DNA of 61,212 nucleotides from Mycoplasmatota bacterium (GTDB lineage Bacteria; Bacillota_I; Bacilli_A; RF39; UBA660): NCBI GenBank assembly GCA_022763805.1, contig JALERC010000009.1, positions 1 to 61,212 of the forward strand, read 5' to 3'. Shown piece by piece: positions 54,999 to 61,212 of this stretch (position 1 is its first letter; each line of letters starts with the position of its first letter). The notes under the pieces were generated by a model. It saw only the letters and a program-made list of their open reading frames with translations, ran no database searches and was not told where the DNA came from. The position numbers and the translations under genes were made by a program.

Positions 54999-55745
54999 TA
55001 ATAATGAATCCATATTGAAACCGGTTAGAAGTATAATCATTGCTGCTATACTCAAAAAAGGTCCAAAAGGAATAATATTTGTTTTTTTCTTGTACAAAAT
55101 TATTAGTGATATTGGAAGACCAATAATAGAACCTAGAAATATTGTTAGAAGAGACATTTCCCACCCGAGGATGAAACCGAAGAAGAACATAAGTTTAATA
55201 TCTCCCCCACCCATCGATTCTTTATTAAAAATAAAATCACCTGCTAATTTAATTAGTAGCATAACAACAAATGCAATAATACCATATAATAAATGATTAA
55301 ATAGAATATTAAATCCTTTAAATGCAATTGTTTCAATAACAAGTAATAAACCTCCAACAATTAGTACTTCATCAGGTATTATATAATAATTAATATCACT
55401 AACAATTATTATTAATAACATTGAAATAAATGTTAATGAAATTAATAAATCACCAGTAAATCCAAATACTTTATAACAAATTAGGAACATAATACCACAA
55501 AATGATTCAAATATTGGATGAATTATTGGAATTTTACATTTACAATTTTTACATTTTCCACCTTGAAATAAATACGATAATATTGGTATTAATTCAAGTG
55601 GTTTAAGAAAATGTCCACACTTTGGACAATGACTACCTGGTTTTATAATAGATTCATTATTAGGTAATCTATCACCCACTACGTTGTAAAAGGAACCAAA
55701 TATGGTTCCAAATACAAACATAATAATAGAATAATATAATTCCAT
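54981..55745 (-). CDS. pilD: prepilin peptidase (A24, PilD/ComC)
   Basis: Cys box 'CPKCGH...CKNCKC' and 'SMGGGDIKLMFFFG'; polytopic. I moved the start to ATG 55745 (AGGAGGG 5 nt upstream), giving 'MELYYSIIMFVFG...'. Confidence 0.88.
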   Translation of the reverse strand: MELYYSIIMFVFGTIFGSFYNVVGDRLPNNESIIKPGSHCPKCGHFLKPLELIPILSYLFQGGKCKNCKCKIPIIHPIFESFCGIMFLICYKVFGFTGDLLISLTFISMLLIIIVSDINYYIIPDEVLIVGGLLLVIETIAFKGFNILFNHLLYGIIAFVVMLLIKLAGDFIFNKESMGGGDIKLMFFFGFILGWEMSLLTIFLGSIIGLPISLIILYKKKTNIIPFGPFLSIAAMIILLTGFNMDSLLKLLIH

Positions 55746-55755
55746 AAAATCCCTC

Positions 55756-57972
55756 CTAACTAAGTTGTGAATACATACCAAACATTGGGATTATGATTGA
55801 CATTACAATTAAACCTACCGCACCTGTTAAAAAAAGTATCAATATAGGTTCTACAAAGGCCTTAATACGACCTACTTGATTTTTATGTAATTCTTGATAG
55901 TAATCAGATACTTTTTGCATCATTTCTGGTAATTGCCCAGTTCTTTCTCCTGTAACAATCATTTCGTAAGCTGGAATTGGTACAGCCCAGTGATCTTGGA
56001 ATGCTAAAGAAATCTTATCCCCTTTAGCTAAATTAGTAATAGTATCTAAAATTATCATTTTCCAAATCTCGTTATTAGTAATTTTGTTTAGTATCTCCAT
56101 ACTATCAGTAATAAATACATTATGTTTTAAAAGTGAAGCAAATGTTTTTGTAAACATTGTAACTTCATTGTATATAATTACATTACCTACGATAGGTAAT
56201 TTCATTAACATCCACTGTATCATTGTTCTAAATAATTTTACATTCTTATATAACCAAACAAATATAAAAATTACACCAATAATACCAATTATTAATAATA
56301 TTAAATATTTTTTTAAGAATTCACTTAATGCAAGAACAGCAACTGTAATCCATGGTAATTCAGCATTGTCCATATCTTCGTAAATAGTTACAAATTGCGG
56401 TACAATGTAAATCATAATAAATACAATAGCACAAATAGCAAGCACAAAGATAATAGCTGGATAAGTTAATGCTGTAATCATTTGTTTCTTTGTTTTTTCC
56501 ATTTCACTAAAGTAATCAGCCATATCATCAAGAGTTTCCGGTAACTCACCAGTCATTTCTGATGCTTTAACCATGTTTACTAAAATTCTTGGAAAGGAAT
56601 TACCTTGTTTTGCCATAGCATCACTAAAGTTATCCCCCATTGTTAATTCATAAATTAATGATCTAAATATTTTTTCATATGATTTCTCTTTAAATTGTCT
56701 ACTTAAAATTCTTAAAGATTCAACTAACGGAATACCAGCTTTAATATAGGTAGATAATTGTGTTAAGAAGAATATCATATCTTTGTTTTTAATTTTACCT
56801 TTACTTTTTCCACCAGATCCATGTAAAAATTGGATTAATCCACTTGTTTTAATACTGTATACTTCAAAACCTTCAGAAAGTAGAAATGAGTGAACCTCAA
56901 CTTTTGAGAAAGCTTCAAAATAATCTTTAACAATTTTTCCTTCAGCATTTTTACCTACATATTCATAAACAACTTTTTTATCGCTTTTTTTAGCATCATC
57001 ACCATCGAAATTAATTAATAATGCTTCACGTTGCATTAAATCTTCATTTCGTTTATTACGCAATATAGCATTGTCTGTAATTTTTTTCTTTGCTTTTTCA
57101 ATTGCTTTTTTAGGACCTGCAATTAATGATTCAAGTACATTATTAATTCTATCACCTAAAGTTTTAGGTTCTATTTTTACATCTTCGTTTATATATACAT
57201 TTTTTTCTTTTAATTTTTGTTTTTCACGTTTTAATTCATCTTTTCGTTTTTTCTCTTCTTCTTTTGTTTTTTTCTTAGCTTCTATTTTCTCTAAGCGTTT
57301 TTTTGCTTTTTCTTCTTTTTTAGTAAGTACTTTTTTAGATTCCTGATTAATATTATCACCATTCATAGTACCACTAATAATAACTTTACGTTTTTCACGT
57401 TCTTCTTTTTCTTTAGCTTGTTTTAATAATTCTTTTTGTTCAATAATTTCGGCTTTCTTTTCTTCTTCAAGTTTAGCCTCTTCTTCTTTTTTACGTTTTG
57501 CTTCTAACTTACTTAATTTAACTTTATCTTCTTTTTCTTTTGCCTCAACTTTTTTCTTTAAACGTTCCATCTCTTGTTCATGTTTAAGTTTAGCTTTTTC
57601 TTCTTTTGATAAATGTTTTTTATCTTTAACGGTAAGAACTTTTTCATTTTTCTTAGCATCTACTTTATCACCATTAATAGTAGAAACTTTTTCATTTTTC
57701 TTAACATCTATTTTTTTATTTTCTTTCTTTTGTGGTTTTTCTTTTAACAGAACAAATGGAAATGCTAATGCATAACCAATATATTTCATTATCTTCCACC
57801 AAATAAAGGAAATAAACATACCTAAATCAACGAATATCGTTATTGTACTGTAGAGCGAATAAAATATACCAACTAACATATAATGAAATGCTAAAAATGG
57901 TATTTTAAATAATAGACTTACTATTTTATAAACTATTATAGCTGGCCACAGTATAATTGGTTTATCTCGCAT
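55756..57972 (-). CDS. pilC: type IV pilus platform protein (GspF/PilC) with a roughly 330-aa N-terminal TM + K/E-rich coiled-coil extension
   Basis: The C-terminal 400 aa or so are a typical two-repeat GspF ('VYEYVGKNAEGKIVKDYFEA...', 'LSTYIKAGIPLVESL', 'MVKASEMTGELPE', 'MIVTGERTGQLPEM'). The N-terminus has hydrophobic helices and then about 230 aa of K/E repeats. Start placed at ATG 57972 (GGAAGGTG SD). Confidence 0.85.
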   Translation of the reverse strand: MRDKPIILWPAIIVYKIVSLLFKIPFLAFHYMLVGIFYSLYSTITIFVDLGMFISFIWWKIMKYIGYALAFPFVLLKEKPQKKENKKIDVKKNEKVSTINGDKVDAKKNEKVLTVKDKKHLSKEEKAKLKHEQEMERLKKKVEAKEKEDKVKLSKLEAKRKKEEEAKLEEEKKAEIIEQKELLKQAKEKEEREKRKVIISGTMNGDNINQESKKVLTKKEEKAKKRLEKIEAKKKTKEEEKKRKDELKREKQKLKEKNVYINEDVKIEPKTLGDRINNVLESLIAGPKKAIEKAKKKITDNAILRNKRNEDLMQREALLINFDGDDAKKSDKKVVYEYVGKNAEGKIVKDYFEAFSKVEVHSFLLSEGFEVYSIKTSGLIQFLHGSGGKSKGKIKNKDMIFFLTQLSTYIKAGIPLVESLRILSRQFKEKSYEKIFRSLIYELTMGDNFSDAMAKQGNSFPRILVNMVKASEMTGELPETLDDMADYFSEMEKTKKQMITALTYPAIIFVLAICAIVFIMIYIVPQFVTIYEDMDNAELPWITVAVLALSEFLKKYLILLIIGIIGVIFIFVWLYKNVKLFRTMIQWMLMKLPIVGNVIIYNEVTMFTKTFASLLKHNVFITDSMEILNKITNNEIWKMIILDTITNLAKGDKISLAFQDHWAVPIPAYEMIVTGERTGQLPEMMQKVSDYYQELHKNQVGRIKAFVEPILILFLTGAVGLIVMSIIIPMFGMYSQLS

Positions 57973-58049
57973 AATGACACCTTCCAAATCCCTATTATTT
58001 TACACTACTAAAATTATATCATATATAAAATCATTTTTAAATAGTTTTT

Positions 58050-58079
58050 AAAAAAAAGTTATAGTGTTCACTATAACTC
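58050..58079 (-). terminator. rho-independent terminator after truB
   Basis: Stem AGTTATAGTG/CACTATAACT with a tight loop, then T8 on the minus strand. Confidence 0.65.
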
Positions 58080-58950
58080 AATTCTTAATTTTAAACATCT
58101 TCCATGGCTTAATTTTACTATTATCTTTATCATATATTTTATAAAGTGCAATAGGATTTTCGTCCTTATCTATAAATAAAATTTCACTCTTATTATAAGT
58201 ATTATTAAGTAACTTACCATTTAAAATGTCATTTTCTATTTTTTCATTAACTTTAATTTTTGTATATTTATTTAGGCAATCTTTAATAGGAATTAACGGA
58301 GTATTATTCTTAATATCAGAAAGTTTAATAGCATTTTTTATATCAAACTCACCTTGTTTAATTCTCCTTAATGAAGACATTATAGCATTAGTACCTAAAA
58401 TGCTTGCAATATCATTACCAAGACTTCTTATATATGTTCCTTTAGATACTTTAGTTTTAATTTTAATAACAGTTTGATTATCAATTCTATTAATGTCTAA
58501 TAATTCGATACTACTAATAGTAACATTATGTTTTGGAAGTTCCACATTAATATTTTCTCTAGCATATTCATATAATTTTTTACCATTTACTTTAACTGCA
58601 GAATAAATTGGTACTGTCTGAATATAATTTCCTATAAGTTTTTTACAAGCATGTAAAACTTCATCTTTAGTAAAATTTGTTTCCTCAGACTTTAACAAAT
58701 TACCTTCAATATCCAATGTATCAGTAAGTCTTCCAAGAATAAACTCAGCAACATATTCTTTATCAAGCGAAGTTAATAATTCTGCAATTTTTGTTGCTCT
58801 ATTTACACATACAACAAGTACTCCAGTCGCAAGTGGGTCAAGTGTTCCAGTATGACCAATTTTTTTAGTCTTATAATTCTTTCCAACCATATTAACTACA
58901 TCGCGACTTGTCATTCCTGATTCTTTATCAATAATTAAGATTCCATCCAT
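58078..58950 (-). CDS. truB: tRNA pseudouridine(55) synthase
   Basis: 290 aa with 'GHTGTLDPLATGVL' and 'YSAVKVNGKKLYEYAR'. Confidence 0.93.
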   Translation of the reverse strand: MDGILIIDKESGMTSRDVVNMVGKNYKTKKIGHTGTLDPLATGVLVVCVNRATKIAELLTSLDKEYVAEFILGRLTDTLDIEGNLLKSEETNFTKDEVLHACKKLIGNYIQTVPIYSAVKVNGKKLYEYARENINVELPKHNVTISSIELLDINRIDNQTVIKIKTKVSKGTYIRSLGNDIASILGTNAIMSSLRRIKQGEFDIKNAIKLSDIKNNTPLIPIKDCLNKYTKIKVNEKIENDILNGKLLNNTYNKSEILFIDKDENPIALYKIYDKDNSKIKPWKMFKIKN

Positions 58951-58960
58951 AAATACACCC

Positions 58961-59260
58961 TTATCCCATTTTACGAGTTTTTATTTTTGATTTTTTTACA
59001 ATGTTAAGAGCCATTTCCATTCCTCTTTCAACGCCAAATGAAATGATAAATGGATTATTTGATATAGCATCATTAACATGTTCAACTACTTTATCTATTT
59101 CGCTTTCAGACAAATCAATAGGATTAATAATACGTATATATTGTTCTATAATAGATACACCTTTTAATAATTCTTCTTCATCTGGAAGTTGTGATTCGAT
59201 AATTTTACCTTTAAATAATAATAATTTTAATAATAATTTATTTGTTCCATCATTTTGCAT
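58961..59260 (-). CDS. hypothetical protein
   Basis: 99-aa ORF tightly packed between cysS and truB. No motif recognised. Confidence 0.4.
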   Translation of the reverse strand: MQNDGTNKLLLKLLLFKGKIIESQLPDEEELLKGVSIIEQYIRIINPIDLSESEIDKVVEHVNDAISNNPFIISFGVERGMEMALNIVKKSKIKTRKMG

Positions 59261-59261
59261 A

Positions 59262-60653
59262 TTATTTTAATTGATAGCTTGTTCCTTCTCTAGTATCGCT
59301 TATCAATATTCCTCTACTTTCTAATTCTTCACGTATATTATCAGCTTTAGAGTAGTCTTTATTTTTTTTAGCAACATTTCTTTCTTCAATTTTTTCTAAA
59401 ATGTACTTTTCAAGTTCTTCATCAATTTTATCTTCTTTAAGTAAATCTAATGATAATACTTTATCAAATTCTTCTACTAAAAATAATTTTGTTTTATTAT
59501 TTAAATTACTTTTTAAAACATCATATAAAATTGTTAAAGCATCTGAAGTATTTAAATCATTTTCCAATGCTTGTTTAAATAAAGTTTCATACTTCTCTTT
59601 AGCTTCCTCAATATTACCCTCTAAATTATTCTTTAAACTTTTTATTTTATTCTTTAATTTATTATATGCAACAACAGCATTATCTAAAGATTCATAACTA
59701 AATAATAATTGTTTTCTATAATGTGATTGTAGACACATAAATCTATAAGCAAGTGGATCATATCCTTTACTTTCTAAAAGTGATACTGTTAGAAATTCGC
59801 CTTTAGATTTACTCATCTTACCTGTTTTATCATTTAAATGTTCTCCATGGAACCAAAAATTACACCATTTATGTCCTGTATAACTTTCAGTTTGTGCTAT
59901 TTCATTAGTATGATGTGGAAATATATTATCTACACCACCACAATGAATATCTAAATGTTCTCCTAAATTTTTAAGAGCTATGCATGAACATTCAATATGC
60001 CATCCAGGATACCCTAATCCCCATGGACTTTCCCATTTAAGTTCTTGATCTTCAAATTTTGATTTTGTAAACCATAAAACAAAATCTGATTGATTTCTCT
60101 TACCTAAATCTTCTTCTACTCCTTCACGAGCACCTACAACCATTTCATCTTCTTTATGATTAGTTAATCTATAATAGTCATCTAATTTAGTTACATCAAA
60201 ATAAACATTCCCATTAGAAATATAAGCATATCCTTTTTCTAATAGTTTAGTAATTATTTTGATATATGAATCTATATTCTCTGTTGCCGGAGATATAATT
60301 TCAGGTATTTTTATATTTAATTTTTTTAAATCATCATAAAATGCTTGTGTATACATACTAGCTATTTCAAGAACTGTTTTATGTTCTCTTTTAGCACCTT
60401 TAAGCATTTTGTCTTCACCTGAATCAGAGTCACTACTTAGGTGTCCTACATCAGTTATATTCATACATCGTTTAACATTAAATCCTAAATAGTTTAATGT
60501 TTTTTCTAAAATGTCCTCAGATATATAAGTTCTTAAATTTCCTATATGTGCATAATGATATACTGTTGGACCACAAGTATACATAGTTACTTCGTCCTTG
60601 TTATATGGAACAAAGTTTTCAATTTTTCTTGTTTCTGTATTATATAACTTCAT
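59262..60653 (-). CDS. cysS: cysteine--tRNA ligase
   Basis: 463 aa with 'CGPTVYHYAHIGN' (HIGH) and 'KMSKSKG' (KMSKS), 'WHIECS'. Confidence 0.96.
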   Translation of the reverse strand: MKLYNTETRKIENFVPYNKDEVTMYTCGPTVYHYAHIGNLRTYISEDILEKTLNYLGFNVKRCMNITDVGHLSSDSDSGEDKMLKGAKREHKTVLEIASMYTQAFYDDLKKLNIKIPEIISPATENIDSYIKIITKLLEKGYAYISNGNVYFDVTKLDDYYRLTNHKEDEMVVGAREGVEEDLGKRNQSDFVLWFTKSKFEDQELKWESPWGLGYPGWHIECSCIALKNLGEHLDIHCGGVDNIFPHHTNEIAQTESYTGHKWCNFWFHGEHLNDKTGKMSKSKGEFLTVSLLESKGYDPLAYRFMCLQSHYRKQLLFSYESLDNAVVAYNKLKNKIKSLKNNLEGNIEEAKEKYETLFKQALENDLNTSDALTILYDVLKSNLNNKTKLFLVEEFDKVLSLDLLKEDKIDEELEKYILEKIEERNVAKKNKDYSKADNIREELESRGILISDTREGTSYQLK

Positions 60654-60743
60654 ATTTTCACCTCTCCTACTGAAAAATCAGTATTCCTATTCTATCATAT
60701 TTTATGTAAAAAATATATTAATTTTTCACTATATTTAATTATA

Positions 60744-60773
60744 TCAAAAAAATAAGTTAATTACTAACTTATT
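60744..60773 (-). terminator. rho-independent terminator
   Basis: Stem AATAAGTTA/TAACTTATT with loop ATTAC, followed on the minus strand by a T-run. Confidence 0.62.
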
Positions 60774-61212
60774 TTATATATATTTTCTTCTATTGGAGCT
60801 CATTTTTTCCAATGTTTTTCCTATCCACTCTTTTTCTTTATTAGTTGATAGAAATTCATATATTTCTTCTTTAGCATTATCAGGTATATCACAATATCTA
60901 AAAATATTTTTTAAAAAATCATATTTAGGACTGTGTGTAATAAGACCTCCATCAAGTTTAAAAGGATATTGCAATAATGAACGTAAAGCAAATAAACCAT
61001 AAGAAAATTTATCACTATCAAATGAAGATTCTTTTTCCCCTGTTAATGATTTATAGTAACTTAGAAAATACGTTGGAAATTTATTTGTCTTAAAACCATT
61101 AATTTGAAAATTATCAGTATCTATTCCTATAACTTCGTTATTATCTTGTATTAAAAAATTCCAAAAACAACAATCATTTAATATAATGTTTTTTTCGTGT
61201 GCATTCTTTATT
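60774..61212 (-). CDS. protein-kinase-like fold protein (APH/CotS-like), 5-prime end outside window
   Basis: Own translation shows the frame is open from base 61211 down to the stop at 60774: '...IKNAHEKNIILNDCCFWNFLIQDNNEVIGIDTDNF...SDKFSYGLFAL...'. This gives a DxxxxN catalytic-loop pattern and an 'IDxD' metal-binding pattern. The 66-aa ORF in the track (TTG start) is just its tail. Confidence 0.45.
   Translation of the reverse strand, partial: IKNAHEKNIILNDCCFWNFLIQDNNEVIGIDTDNFQINGFKTNKFPTYFLSYYKSLTGEKESSFDSDKFSYGLFALRSLLQYPFKLDGGLITHSPKYDFLKNIFRYCDIPDNAKEEIYEFLSTNKEKEWIGKTLEKMSSNRRKYI

Noticed and set aside
54769-55164. 131-aa minus-strand ORF bridging the pilB 3-prime end and the pilD 3-prime end
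   Set aside because: It overlaps two well-supported genes and both terminators, and it has no recognisable features.
57973-57987. Track N-terminal extensions of several ORFs (pilC 57987, pilD 55781, greA 48351, NTase 19323, Gly-rich pilin 52428)
   Set aside because: The extended starts swallow the obvious Shine-Dalgarno sequence, and in-frame downstream ATGs have proper SD spacing. I trimmed these in the feature table.
60654-60773. T-box leader upstream of cysS
   Set aside because: The spacer is only about 120 nt. Part of it is the upstream gene's terminator and a promoter-like TATGATAGAAT. I could not find a specifier-loop or T-box consensus sequence.
1-61212. Mobile elements, prophage, tRNA/rRNA genes
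   Set aside because: I saw no transposase, integrase, recombinase, terminal inverted repeats, or tRNA- or rRNA-like sequence while reading the window. Absence is by eye only; tRNAscan or Infernal would be decisive.

Overview
This is a 61.2-kb stretch of a very AT-rich chromosome (roughly three-quarters A+T by eye) from an endospore-forming Bacillota-type organism. All calls come from reading the sequence and the supplied translations by eye; no searches or alignments were run. About 70 protein genes are packed tightly, and all but four (glmS, greA, ylbJ-like, pilB-like) lie on the minus strand. I saw no rRNA, tRNA, CRISPR array, transposase or integrase.

Recognisable backbone genes:
- apt, an LD-carboxypeptidase, tsaC/sua5, cls and nagB.
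- The tail of the dcw cluster (murG-murB-divIB-ftsA-ftsZ), followed directly by spoIIGA-sigE.
- uppP, mnmA, and glmS with its ribozyme and a consensus promoter.
- A lysA-type decarboxylase, mscL, maf and spoIVB.
- xseB/xseA/nusB, dxs, mutS, greA, ylbL/ylbJ-like genes, truB and cysS.

Items that stand out:
1. An atypical type IV filament locus (50848..57972, plus an orphan pilin at 22966..24222). It has only giant modular prepilins, one carrying a glycine-rich C-terminal domain. Its PilC has a roughly 330-aa N-terminal membrane and coiled-coil extension. Its ComGA-sized PilB has an acidic repeat tail.
2. A translationally coupled tandem array of four cytoplasmic HExxH zincin-like paralogs, plus a decayed fifth copy (6420..9241).
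3. A SigE homolog that appears to lack the pro-sequence, sitting next to a miniaturised SpoIIGA. A perfect Spo0A-box heptamer is embedded in the ftsZ terminator just upstream. Three membrane-anchored proteins occupy the position where sigG normally sits.
4. An array of TTGGGCT repeats in the long xseB-spoIVB spacer.
5. A VanY (M15) and C26 gamma-glutamyl hydrolase fusion in an overlapping operon with the lysA-type gene.
6. A recurrent TGnTATAAT / about 5 nt / GGTGAT promoter-plus-SD module in front of many genes.
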